Assembly: GCA_964016885.1 (NCBI GenBank)
Contig: OZ024742.1
Span: 209,126,001 to 209,190,000 of the forward strand
Length of the DNA stretch: 64,000 nt
Source of the DNA: Eledone cirrhosa
Taxonomy: Eukaryota
Direction: 5' to 3'
A model generated the notes under the pieces. The model searched no databases. It was not told where the DNA came from and worked only from the letters and a program-made list of their open reading frames with translations. This document shows, piece by piece, positions 26,121 through 40,040 of the stretch. Each line of letters begins with the position of its first letter. Positions within the stretch are counted from its first letter, which is position 1. Both the position numbers and the translations under genes were made by a program.

Positions 26121-26906
26121 ATTCGCACACACATACATAAATAACATTTCTGAATTATTTTAATTTTGAGGATTCCACAAGAACATTAGCAACTTCCATT
26201 GACTATTGAATACAAGAGCTATGAATTGCCATTGTCCATATTCAATAAACCATCTGCAACAGCGTTGAACCCTGACACTCTCTCTTTTGGGCGTGAAATT
26301 ATCAAAAACAAAAAAAAAGCGATGCTCAATCATGTAATCTTCTTCAACCTATCAAAATGTACTTCAAATATATAGCAATCTCAGGACATTTTTTTCTAAA
26401 ACTGAAAGAAATTCCTAACATCGGTTAGATGCGAGATCCAAGTCGGCATAGCCACATATTTTTACACCTCTCTTCAAAACCATGAAACTGGAGAAACCGT
26501 TAAAGCTATTGTAAATGAACCTTCTTTAAGACTCCAATTGCATTTTCATCTTTTTTTATATATATCTTTATTTCTCTTTCTCTTTCCACACTTACATAAT
26601 AATAACTATTTCCATCTCGATATTACATTTCACCACGTAATACTATACTTCGGCTATAGCGTACGGACACTAACAAGTGTACGATCCTGCTTTTCAAATT
26701 TACATCTTGGAGTTATATCCCTTTGTTATAATACGTATTTCGTAAACAACCCTTTTTATTAGTAAACATTACATTTAAGGGTGTCTTATTATCTCAAATA
26801 AGTACCTAAATATGTGTCACAATTTTGATCCCTCTTACATTCTGGAGATATGGTTAACTGGGCCTTAGAAATCGCTTTTGTTCCACGTAAGAACATAAAT
26901 AAATAG

Positions 26907-26969
<63 letters not shown>

Positions 26970-27049
26970 AATTAGTATATCTACCAACATATTTATACAG
27001 ATGTATACTTACGCTAGCAGAGATATAGGTTTTGTCTTAGTAACATTGT

Positions 27050-27486
27050 GATGTAGAACAATTATATAAAAGACGTATAATAAGAAAATTATAGTAATTA
27101 ACTCACTTACTTAAATTTCACTCCAACTAAGTAGTTTTGTGAAAGGGGATATACATAGTCTCCAAATGGAGGCCATGGAGAATCCTTTCTTCATCAGGGA
27201 GTCATTCTCGGCTAAGATTCCTGGCGATTCGCGGACACAGGGATCCAATAGAAAAGTGGATGGAAAAAAGCTAGCGCGGACTAAATTCCAAGCCTAGCCG
27301 AGAATGACTCCCTGATGAAGAAAGGATTTTCCATGGTATCCATTTGAAAACTAATTGGTTGGAGTGAAATTTAGAGTGATAATTGGAGTGAAATTTGGAA
27401 ACTAATTAGTTGGAGTGAAATTTGATTAAGTGAGTTAATTACCATACTTTTCTTATTTTACGTCTTTTATATAATTGTTCTACATC
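27050..27486. mobile_element. Fold-back non-coding element with decayed HHR in each arm
   Basis: 27050-27135 pairs with ~27400-27486, and 27162-27216 with 27295-27345. actcc-CTGATGA(27312)...GAAA-ctaattag-TT-ggagt gives stems I and III. Confidence 0.75.
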
Positions 27487-27552
27487 TCTTTGTATTTCGT
27501 TTCTGAATTTGTTTAGCAAGATTATTTATCTGAAAACGTGTGTTCAAACCGA

Positions 27553-27709
27553 TATTATTATACTTTGGGAGGGTCATGTTGCCAATAAGAAACACACGTA
27601 CCAGTGCTTTCACTCCAATTTATTATAAATTTAATTTATAATAAATTGGAGTGAAAACCTCTGGTGCGTGTGTTTCTTATTAACAAAATGACCCTCCCAA
27701 AGTATAACA

Positions 27710-27712
<3 letters not shown>
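27553..27712. repeat. ~160-bp imperfect palindrome made from a PLE-type terminus
   Basis: Arms tatactttgggagggtcat...cactccaatttattataa / ttataataaattggagtg...atgaccctcccaaagtata. Terminus shared with 11365-11385 and 12620-12640. Confidence 0.8.
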
Positions 27713-27776
<64 letters not shown>

Positions 27777-28039
27777 TATATATTGAGTTAGAAACTCAAA
27801 ATAGTCTCTTACAATAAAATAGCTATAGGAAAGAGATTTTTCCGAGCCGTATATTATAATTGAATATAAAAGAAAAACAAACACAGATATATATATATGT
27901 GTTCAAATTGTAAGGGACCAGATCCGCTAAGGTGAACAGAATACTAACTATAGACAATAGGGTTTGCCAGACTCAATTTAAGAATAAATCAAGAAAATAA
28001 ATACAAACCGGAATTGTGGTAACTACCAATCACAAAGAC

Positions 28040-28405
28040 GGCTTTGGCCGGCCGATTAACCCGCTCGATATGCAAATTAGGCTGCTCAGCCGTTAATATG
28101 CATAAGGTAAGTATATAGTTTCAAACATTCAATCATCTGACAGGAAGGTATCAGATGCTGACGATAGCTAATAAGCTTGAAACTAGTTCATCGTTCCTTT
28201 GTCAGTGTTGAACAAAAGGGGAACGATGGTTGTTGAACACTGTATGGCTTAATTCGGGATGTTTGTTTACGAACAAACCGAACATTATTATAAATATCCG
28301 GTAAACCCATACGTACATATATATATATATATGTGTGCATGTATATATATATATTCATACTACTGTACGTCTGTATACATATATGTATGTACGTATACAT
28401 ACTTA

Positions 28406-28410
<5 letters not shown>
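28040..28410 (+). mobile_element. Non-coding HHR-bearing unit, homologous to 43160-43560
   Basis: Direct similarity to 43205-43560. Octamer at 28070. Ends in (TA)n. Confidence 0.8.
28154..28192 (+). ncRNA. Minimal type I hammerhead ribozyme
   Basis: gatg-CTGACGA-t-agct-aata-agct-t-GAAA-ctag-TT-catc. Palindromic stem III (aactagtt). Confidence 0.85.
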
Positions 28411-28488
<78 letters not shown>

Positions 28489-30435
28489 ATATAAGCTATC
28501 AAATAAATGAGCTGGGGAGATATAAGTTAAGCAGCCACACAAAATCATAATTTAAAGTAAAACAACTATATACGAGTCGTTTAATGACTCAAGCCTAAAC
28601 GATGTTTCCATGCTCCATTAAGAATATGATGAAAATATTAGCTGAAGAAGGGTGCATATGATTGGTAGTGTTATAAAAAGGTCAGGTAAACATACGTATG
28701 ACAACATTCTAATGATCTATAACAGCATTAACCCAACGAAACTGGAATGTATATCATATTTCTTTAAATACAATTGTAAAGACATACTGTTCCAAATGCA
28801 TGCTATGTTATCGCTATATGTAACACATGAAGGAGATTACGTAATGTATTCTACATTATGTTGTTTTTATGATGTTTTATAAGAGGGACAGTTTTTTGCA
28901 TAATATTTAAAAGCTTTTGGATATCTTATTATCTTTTTACCAGCTATTACTCATATTCTCACGGTTTGTATGGATATGACAGTTTACATTAACCTCAAAC
29001 GGAATGAAACAAAATGAACATTTTACATAGCTAATGCGACACATGAATTGTTTATGATGGCAGAGATAACATAATTAATTTCTTTGTTTAGTTTGTTGTC
29101 CAGAAGAAATACTATTGTCGACTTCTGCTAACTTCCCATACATTCTTGTTTATGCAATACTTTCTTTTAAAAGCTTAAGTTTTATATAAAATGAATAAAT
29201 ATAAGTCTAAAAAATTGTTTTTGTTTTCTCTCCCTCGATCTAGTATATTTCAGCCCCATTTATATCACTTTAAATTACATTCCTTTTTAAAACTGGATCA
29301 CTGCTGGATTACTCACAAATGGTGTTTAGGGAACTAAAGAACGTTTACTAATGGATATAAAAGTCTATGGTTATTAACTACATTATATCATGAATTCTTT
29401 GGAAATGAATCCAAGAAATAAAGAATAGTTTTCAAAAATAAGACGAATCTATTCATCCATTTGCTTATATTTTATATACTTGCCATATATATGCCTCACT
29501 AAACATACTCATTTTAGAAGGGCTGTATTTTTAGTTATTTTAATGTCATAATTATTTAAAGATTTACTTATAAAAAAATGTATTTGTAATATGTGTAAGG
29601 AGGAAGCAGACGGTTCAAACAACCCTGGTATTTGACTGGTATTTATATCGGTCCCTGAAGGATGAACATTTATTCTGTTGTGGTTTAAACTGAAAATTGT
29701 GCCCAGCTAAGTATCTCGCATGTTACATATTTTAGCCAATATAGTGTGTTTCTGATCCTATTTTGATATTTAAGAACTTATATTATTCGTATGTATTTTG
29801 CCTCACGTGTAATTTTTTCATTGACATTAGTACTCTTCTGATTAAATCAATGGAACAAATTTATGTAATGCAATGTTCAGTTCATAAATGCATGAATAGT
29901 AATTCTGAGGCTGACTAAAATCCGCTCCTCTCATGGAACAATGCATTACTATCAAAAGTGAAGTAAGGATAACGTAGCATATATGTTCTGGAGTCAATAC
30001 AATCAATTATAATCCTCGGCTAGACTATAGAATCTTGGCTAAGTACTAATAATACATTATTATAGAAAGGAAGAGAATGGAGAAAAAGAAAAAGTAACTA
30101 AATTTATATCGTAGCATTAAAACCGTTTTAGATATATATATATATTCTAATTTTCTTCAATATTTCTGAATATAATACTGTCAGAATAGTGTATATTCAT
30201 TGAATGACAGCTTTTGAAATCTTCACTACGATTCGAGCGATACCATCTATATTGCCATGCTTCTACATTAATACTTCACCTATGATCAAACTTCAGAATC
30301 TCTATTTTTAACTTATATTTAAATTGTAACATGGCATTGTGGTTATTGTTTAGGCGTAACCATACTCGGATCGAGGAGACATAATCTATCAAGATGTTTA
30401 TCTACCAATCGATCGAATGATCTATCATTATTTCA

Positions 30436-30622
30436 GGGCAGTGGATTGGCAATATTGGTAGAGGGTCAGACACCATGCGTTGCAGCAAATAGTTACGGCC
30501 CTTTATGATCTGAGTTCAAACCCCGCCGAGGTTAACTTAGCCTTTCATCCTAAACGGGGTCGATAAAATATAGTACCAGTCAAACAAAATTGCTGGCCTT
30601 GTGCCTATATCAGAAACCATTA
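30436..30622 (+). mobile_element. tRNA-derived SINE
   Basis: Same consensus as the 22.6-26.1 kb cluster. Confidence 0.88.
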
Positions 30623-30642
30623 TTTCATTCTCAATCTCTCTC

Positions 30643-30673
<31 letters not shown>

Positions 30674-30689
30674 GAGGGGCGTTTGTGCG

Positions 30690-32640
30690 TGCGTGTGTAT
30701 TCCATCACGGTATCTTATGTGGTTTTTTTGACCGGGTACATTAGCGAAAGGTTGACCACACAAATCACAGATAAGTTTTGGCAAAGATTGTAGTGCCTGC
30801 ACTTGATGTACTTTAACATGTCTCTTTAAACCTCCTTGTGTTTTACAAATTTTGTGGTGGGTGTGGCAATGATTAAGGTGTACTGGCAGGTAGCGTCTAT
30901 AGTCAATATGATTGTTTTATAATCTGGCCAGCAAGCGATAGGCATATTTTGCCACAAATTTCATGAGACGAAACCTTATCACCGTGCTCGTGTTCCATTA
31001 CAATCTGGTTTTTCTGATTTTACGTTTTCGATTGACATGTTTTATTCTGCTTTCCGCAAAACCTTTCATACCATCCCATATTTTTGAGGGCCAAATATTA
31101 CGATCTGCTTCCAAACATCCAAGCTGCGTCGCATCAACTCCGATGCTGTTCAAACTTTCAAGTGCATCCTTGAATCTTTTCCTCTGTTTGAACCGCTTTT
31201 GTTTCCCCTGAACCTGTCCTCCATAAGGCAACCGTTTTGGACTACATTCGCCATACATGTGTACACGGTGTCCCGACCATGGTTTCTTAAAGATTGAAAT
31301 TAAAGACATACCATCAGCAGCTAGAACATCGGCTGTGAAGGAGGTCCAAATATTTTGGGGATTCTGCGCAAACATTTTTGGTGAAATCTTTCACGTAGCA
31401 TTATATAGCGTTTATAACAAGAATAGAGAAGAGAAAATAGCACAAAAGATCTGTATACAGAACTTTTGTCTTGGCTTTAATATGCCTTTGTGACTCCACA
31501 CGAGTTTCTAAATTTTCAAAAGGTTTTGCTGTATTTTGAATTCTCAAGGATATTACTGTGTCCCAAAAAACATTTTTATGGACGGAGCTACCAAGGTATA
31601 CGAAAAATACAACCTCAAGAAATTTTCCTTTTATATATTTTTTCGGCTGCTGAACATTTTGACTAGGTGTAAGTTGACAGATGACCACTCTATTCCTCAG
31701 ATTAATTGTAAGACATCACATACTGCATCAAACGAAAAGATATGAGTTTGCAAGCCATACTCTATATGACTAACAAGGTCAAAATCATCGGCATACCACA
31801 AGTCTCTAACCAATGAAGTGAAAACTTTTGATTTGAATTTCGATCTTGTCAGATCCGATTAAAAACATTCCGTTTTGTGATACGTTACGTAGGCACCCTT
31901 CTCATTGCGTGGGTACAGCATTGTAGCCACGTAAATTACAAATGAAGTGGGTGCATCAAGGTCCCCCTGCTTTACCCCATTTTCTACTGCAAAAGGGTTG
32001 AAAAGGGTTCCCGACAAATTAACCCTACCTTTCATATCTTTGTGCATGGCTTTTAGAATGTTAACAATTTTTTGAGGACATCCAAATTTGAGCAAAACCA
32101 TCCACAAGACATTTTTGTTGACGTTATCGAAAGCTTTGTTGAGATCGACAAAGTAATTGTTTCTACTTTTTTGCACAAGGCCAGCAATTATCCCAGTGCA
32201 TTACTGGTACTTTATTTTATCGACCCCGTAAGGATGAAAGGCAAAGTTGACCTCGGCGGGATTTGAACTCAGATCATAAAGAGCCATAACTCGTTGCTGC
32301 AAAACATGGCGTCAGACCCTCTACCGATACTGCCAATCCACAATGATAGAGTGTAAGTTTCAATACATCTTTCTTGCAATGTCATTCCTAAATGTTTTTA
32401 ATGCCATATCGTCTTTCACGGGGAGATTTTCATGAGTCTCAATGACAGACAAGACTACATTAGAAAATCGATTGAGCAACTCAGGGAAGTGTTCCACCCA
32501 CCGTCTTTGTATGGATCAACATCAGTTAAGAGCGTTTGACAGTCAGCAGATCTGACAGCTGATTGTGGACCACAAACGTCTTTTTCAAATGCGAAAAATA
32601 TTTTGAAGTCTCTGCGATGTGCACCTGCATTATTCTTTCT
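30690..32640 (-). pseudogene. Decayed RTE-clade LINE (RT through C-terminus with C2H2-like fingers)
   Basis: WVEHF, FVDLNKAFDNV, KFGCP, NGVKQGD, RDLWYADDF (~31780-31806), FVYLGS, WSGH, PKRLPYG, GKQKRF. Confidence 0.9.
32155..32342 (-). mobile_element. tRNA-derived SINE interrupting the LINE RT
   Basis: Full consensus copy inserted just upstream of the FVDL motif. Confidence 0.9.
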
Positions 32641-34160
32641 GATTCTATTTGACTTTCTTATCCTATCCTGAGGTTTTACCTTTATAGTTTAGTGTTTATC
32701 AGATATTTATTTTATTCTGTTGTATTTGATTTTGATTTTGATTATATTATATATCCCATTTCAAATATGTGCACACCTTACCGTATAATTGACCGCTTAC
32801 ATTATGCTTCATGTGAAATGGGTTTATAATAGCACGTTTCAGTAGGGTGTCCATACCAATAGGCTCAACTAGATATTAATTATTATCAACCATTAATTAA
32901 TTTTCACTAGGTATTTTACTTCTTTATTATCCATTAATTAAATATTTATTTATCCACCCGTAATTACCTTATATCTTAACATTTGACATAGTTCTTATGC
33001 ATTATAACTACATTAGGGACAACATACATTCTATCTATTGTAAAATTTACCCTTAAACTACACCTTACTTTTCTATATTTTTATATTTTCCGTATTTTTC
33101 ATATGTTCGATAGTATCTTCGATAATTATAGTTATCTGATATTTAGCGACAGATTCGATTCAATAATAGCTACTGAGTTATATCTTCAATTTTACGTTCC
33201 ACTATGTACTAGCATTTTTCATCCACACTGCGTAAGTTTATCACCATTTCCATTAACATTAGTAGTGTTATTAGCATTATTTGGTATGCACTACACCACG
33301 AACTGACCATCTGAAGTCTTTCTGAGTTACTTGTTAGACGTTAAATTTTGTTTCCATTTCTCGAGTGCTTGGAATTAATCAATTAATTAATTTCCCTTTC
33401 TTCAATATTTGAATATACTCGATAGTTGTATGTTAATTTTGGACTTTGAAATGGTGCGGATGGTCATTACGTCAATCTCAATAAAGCACCATGCCACTTT
33501 TTCTTTTTCTTGCCCAATACAAACACTCACATATTAACGTGAACTAGACTACTTACCCTTTGCTAAATTACCTTCATTGAATCACTTACATTATAATTAC
33601 TTTATAATATTCATATTTATGTTTCTTATTAATTCATTTTTTTAACAACATTTCGTAATTCATATTTCTTATTTATTTAACGTAACATTGAAGCAAACAT
33701 TTTATGATTTTTATACTTCTATAGCAATCATCTCCTTTAGTTGTATTCATCGTCACGCTACGCTGGCGTTCGGTCAAAGGTTAGTAACCCTAGACATTGC
33801 AACAGTAGACCGCTTGGTTATGAACAGCAGGATTTCTATCGCCTCCAAACAATCCCCACCCTTTTGGTCACAACTAAAAAACTCACAATGATTCGCAATG
33901 ACGTGTGATTTATTCAAGTATGGTTGGCCCAAACAATAACACCAAATTTTGCCAACCATCCCTCGATCAAGTATATTCTCTGTTTATGTGTGCCATAATG
34001 CCATTTATTGATTAACTAATAATGCAATCTGCGCCTGACGACATCTACGATCCTTACTTCATGATCGGATAATGTAACTGGCCATTGAAATATATATATA
34101 ATGTTTTTTTGCAACATTAAAATTCTAAAAGGATATTTCCAACCCGGCCTTCTGCTATTT

Positions 34161-34211
<51 letters not shown>

Positions 34212-34540
34212 GAGCGGAACAAGTAAACATTAAACAATCTTTTAAATGAATTAAAATACGATTTAAATATACACCTGTTCTAGCGCTGTGACCGACGGTT
34301 TCGCTAAACAAAAGATTGGAAATTCAGATAATTTCCAATGGAAAGAATCAGCTTTTCAGACAGCTATTTCCAACCACAGGGGACAAAAGCCCCGTAGTAG
34401 TAAACATATTGCATTCTGCCAAGTCAGGCCGTTAAAGTGAGCTACACATAAATAGGCCGTTAGGAAAAAGCGTGAATTATACTGTTTAGACACCATATAT
34501 ATTTCTGTGGGTACTTAGTACACACTAGAATATTTCTATC

Positions 34541-34580
<40 letters not shown>

Positions 34581-34795
34581 GTTAAAAATGTACATCCACA
34601 TATGTATACTGAAATACTAGTATGCATATGAATACACACACGTATACATATGTAGATGTACCGAGTTTTTCACTGGTCACTTTACTGTGAGTGTCCAGCT
34701 ATTCTGTATGTAAACACACAGACAAACCGGTTTTTAGAGTCATACTGGTTTTTGAGGAAACACCTTTCCTCTATTCTCCAGAAAGCCAGACAAGG

Positions 34796-34840
34796 AATAT
34801 TGAACTAGTTTCGATGTTGTTACATCTCATCAGCAATATT
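34796..34840 (-). ncRNA. Minimal type I hammerhead ribozyme
   Basis: Exact reverse complement of 35516-35560. Confidence 0.92.
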
Positions 34841-35515
34841 TACCTATCTTCCGGCCTCTCTAGAGAATCGTAAAAGCACATATCGTTATATGCTTTTTCT
34901 ATGAAAATTAGTAGTGGGCAGACTAATTTGCATAGAGCGTGAGTACGTACCGGTTGAACGGAGACGATAAAAACAAATAACGAAACGAAATTAAATTTCG
35001 TTTCGTTTGTAACTCACTTTTGTATGACTGACGCTTAAACAATTAAGTTAAAAATGTACATCCACATATGTATACTGAAATACTAGTATGCATATGAATA
35101 CACACACGTATACATATGTAGATGTACCGAGTTTTTCACTGGTCACTTTACTCTAAAAACCGGTTTGTCTGTGTGTTTACATACAGAATAGCTGGACACT
35201 CACAGTAAAGTGACCAGTGAAAAACTCGGTACATCTACATATGTATACGTGTGTGTATTCATATGCTTACTAGTATTTCAGTATACATATGTGGATGTAC
35301 ATTTTTAACTTAATTGTTTAACCGTCAGTCATACAAAAGTGAGTTACAAACGAAACGAAATTTAATTTCGTTTCGTTATTTGTTTTTATCGTCTCCGTTG
35401 AACCGGTACGTACTCACGCTCTATGCAAATTAGTCTGCCCACTACTAATTTTCATAGAAAAAGCATATAACGATATGTGCTTTTACGATTCTCTAGAGAG
35501 GCCGGAAGATAGGTA

Positions 35516-35560
35516 AATATTGCTGATGAGATGTAACAACATCGAAACTAGTTCAATATT
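35516..35560 (+). ncRNA. Minimal type I hammerhead ribozyme with canonical core
   Basis: aatattg-CTGATGA-gatgt-aaca-acatc-GAAA-ctag-TT-caatatt. 7-bp stem I, 5-bp stem II, palindromic stem III, predicted cleavage after GUU at 35553. Confidence 0.93.
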
Positions 35561-35848
35561 CCTTGTCTGGCTTTCTGGAGAATAGAGGAAAGGTGTTTCC
35601 TCAAAAACCAGTATGACTCTAAAAACCGGTTTGTCTGTGTGTTTACATACAGAATAGCTGGACACTCACAGTAAAGTGACCAGTGAAAAACTCGGTACAT
35701 CTACATATGTATACGTGTGTGTATTCATATGCATACTAGTATTTCAGTATACATATGTGGATGTACATTTTTAACTTAATTGTTTAAGCGTCAGTCATAC
35801 AAAAGTGAGTTACAAACGAAACGAAATTTAATTTCATTTCGTTATTTG

Positions 35849-35887
<39 letters not shown>

Positions 35888-35929
35888 GTATATATACACA
35901 CACGCACAAATATATATACATACATATAT

Positions 35930-36002
<73 letters not shown>

Positions 36003-36127
36003 TATATATAATAAAAAATTAATAAACAACCATATACACACTCAACAACGCGAATATACTTTAAAAATAAGCCGTCACATAAGCGTAATGTATCAATCGG
36101 CATAGACAAATATATATACATGAAGTA

Positions 36128-36520
36128 ATAATTGTCTCTATTTTAGGCACAAGGCCAGCAATTACCCAGCGCAGTACTGGTACTTTATTTTATCGACCCC
36201 GTAAGGATGAAAGGCAAAGTTAACCTCGACGAGATTTGAACTAAGAATGGAAAGGGCCGTAACTCTATTCTGCAAAGCATGGCGTCAAACCCTCTAACAA
36301 GTCTGCCAAGTCACCGCCCTTACATGAAGTAATAATTGTTTCTACTTTAGGCACAAGGCCAGCAAATTACCCAGTGCATTACTGGTACTTTATTTTATCG
36401 ACCCCGTAAGGATGAAAGGCAAAGTCAACCTCGGCGGGATTTAAACTCAGATCGTAAAAGGACGTAACTATGCTGGAAAGCATGGAGTCCGACCTTCTAC
36501 CGATACTGCCAATCCACCAG
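36128..36520 (-). mobile_element. Two tandem SINE copies
   Basis: Consensus copies at ~36128-36320 and ~36330-36520. tacatgaagtaataa repeated at 36117 and 36321, a probable target-site duplication of the first copy. Confidence 0.9.
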
Positions 36521-36699
36521 TAATAATAATAAATAAATAGATGAATAAGGACAAAAAATATTCAAAATCAAAAATAATGGATAAAGAATGAAAAATAGAC
36601 AGATGAAGCACATTGACAACCAAAAGAGAGGGGAGAGGGGAAGAAACAAAACAAAAATAAATAAACACGCGGGTTAAGCAATGCACAAAATAAGGCATA

Positions 36700-36739
<40 letters not shown>

Positions 36740-36869
36740 TATATACATGCATACACAAACATATACACGCACACACACACGCACGCACATACACTCATAC
36801 ACTCGTATAAAAACATATACCCAAATGTATATAAATATATAAATCAATAAATAAATAAATATATACATT

Positions 36870-36936
<67 letters not shown>

Positions 36937-38319
36937 GTATACACACACACACATAAGTAAATACACACATACACATACATAATTCATAAATATGTAGGAG
37001 GTGAGTAATATTGTAGAACAATAAAACTACGCATATATCAGATAAGTAGGATTCGACAGTTGGTTGAACTGGAGTATATATAAAGAAGAAATTAAAAGAT
37101 GGTTAAAAAAGTTCCATATATTTTATTATGCAAATTTCGAAAACAATATCATTCTGGGACAAAAATTGTGTTCTCATCAGATGAATTTTAATGTAAATTT
37201 TTCAATATTTTTAATATTTTTAATATTTCAAAAAATGTTTAATACCTCTAATATTTATAATATTTTTAATATAAATATTTAATATTTTAATTGCCTATAT
37301 TATTTTAATTCTGACATTATTTTTAATTCCGACATTATTTTTGTAAGGACACCCCTATAAATATATTTTTAGATGCAGATTGATAATCTTTAAATGACAT
37401 TCTAAAATTTATCCTCTTTATGATAGTTCTTCGAAAACACATTACATTTTTCCTCCTGTTTTTGTTATTCAAAACATTCACACATCTTTAGACTAAAAAA
37501 TGGATCTCACACAAAATAATGTATAATGTTTCTCTAATTTAACGGTTAACAAACAAAATTGGAGTTATCTTTCCTTTCTCAATCATGCAAACATAAACAT
37601 TTTTCCCAATCGTGCATACATAAGCATTTTACGTTTGATAATCTGTATTGCTTCACTAAATTAACAATATTCTGAAAAAATTCTCAATGTTGAACAAAAT
37701 ATTTGAATCCTTAACTTGAACCACCTATTTTTTAAGTAAAATACGAATTCAACTTCTTTCCTAACTCATATTTGATATATAAACAACTAATACATACGCA
37801 ATTTATTAATATATAAATAGAGATATTTATATACATATAACCTATCCTAATGTAATATGATAAAAATACTTACAACCATAAATCTTCATATAATCTAATT
37901 GATTATACATACAATATTATAACTCATAATATAGGTAAATAAATCTTTTCCCCCAAATTAAAGTAAATGCTAGACCTTCCACCCTTTCTCTTCTTTCCTA
38001 CGGATACAATAACTTATCATAATTATTTAAATTTTCTATAGCGTCTAAAATAAAGTTTTCTAGGCCTTTTTACATAAACCTCATATGCATACACATCTTA
38101 ATAATTTGAAATATCTTACTTTCCTCTTCTCTTCACTATCCAGGGATAACTTGAACCGTTAAGGTATATTATCCTTGGTTATGTCATAATTTATAAAACA
38201 CGCTTCGTATTTTATCTGAGGAAAGCGTACAAAAATTATTGGTACCCTTGAAATATATATAATAGAATAAATATGGTTTTGTAAATATAGTTTCCATTTA
38301 TTTAATATCATTGTGTATA

Positions 38320-38365
<46 letters not shown>

Positions 38366-38372
<7 letters not shown>

Positions 38373-38500
38373 TAAAATAACAGATTAAAGTTTAATCAAA
38401 GAATTGCTGCTTTCACCCTTAACGGGATCTTCTGAAGATCCCGTTAAGGGTGAAAGCAGCGATTCTTTGCTTAAACTTTAATCTGTTATTTTAATAAATA
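38366..38500. repeat. 135-bp near-perfect palindrome of the PLE family A terminus
   Basis: Arms of 67 bp with 2 mismatches seen, centred on T38433. Confidence 0.92.
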
Positions 38501-38584
38501 TTTGCTCTACGGTTCTTATATATTTGATATATATTTATCCTTATCGAGCCCTCTTTCGATTTTAGTCTTCAAATTTATTATTAT

Positions 38585-39745
<1,161 letters not shown>

Positions 39746-40040
39746 AGTAATAATAATAAAATTGAAGACTAAAATCCAGAGAGGGCTCGATAAGGAAAAT
39801 ATATATCAAATATATAAGAACCGAAGAGCAAATATTTATTAAAATAACAGATTAAAGTTTAAGCAAAGAATCGCTGCTTTCACCCTTAACGGGATCTTCT
39901 GAAACTAACAAAGTCAATCTGTAAACGCAGAACTGGATATTTCAAAAAACGTTGCAACCGGAGGAAGACAGGAAGACGATACTTTGGTTCATGGTGACGT
40001 TCGCTGGCAAAGAACGGGAAAAAAAAATATATATATATAC

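Larger units (their letters stand above)
34575..35853. mobile_element. Retrozyme-like non-coding element: 466-bp unit, ~1.25 copies on one strand joined to ~1.5 copies on the other
   Basis: aattaagttaaaaatg at 34575 and 35041; ctctaaaaaccgg at 35151 and 35617 (both 466 apart). Inversion point ~35150. (TA)n on both flanks. Confidence 0.88.

Noticed and set aside
34691-35665. Identical 60-aa ORFs on opposite strands
   Set aside because: A by-product of the inverted duplication. It has a GTG start, is antisense to the HHR and shows no domain.
37330-38260. Possible old retroelement coding remnants here and at about 46.0-46.7 and 59.9-60.5 kb
   Set aside because: Too many stops and no diagnostic motif readable by eye.
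38432-38438. Canonical CTGAAGA core in the family A palindrome
   Set aside because: It is created by the fold-back junction. The family state is CAGAAGA, and stem I is disrupted in this copy.
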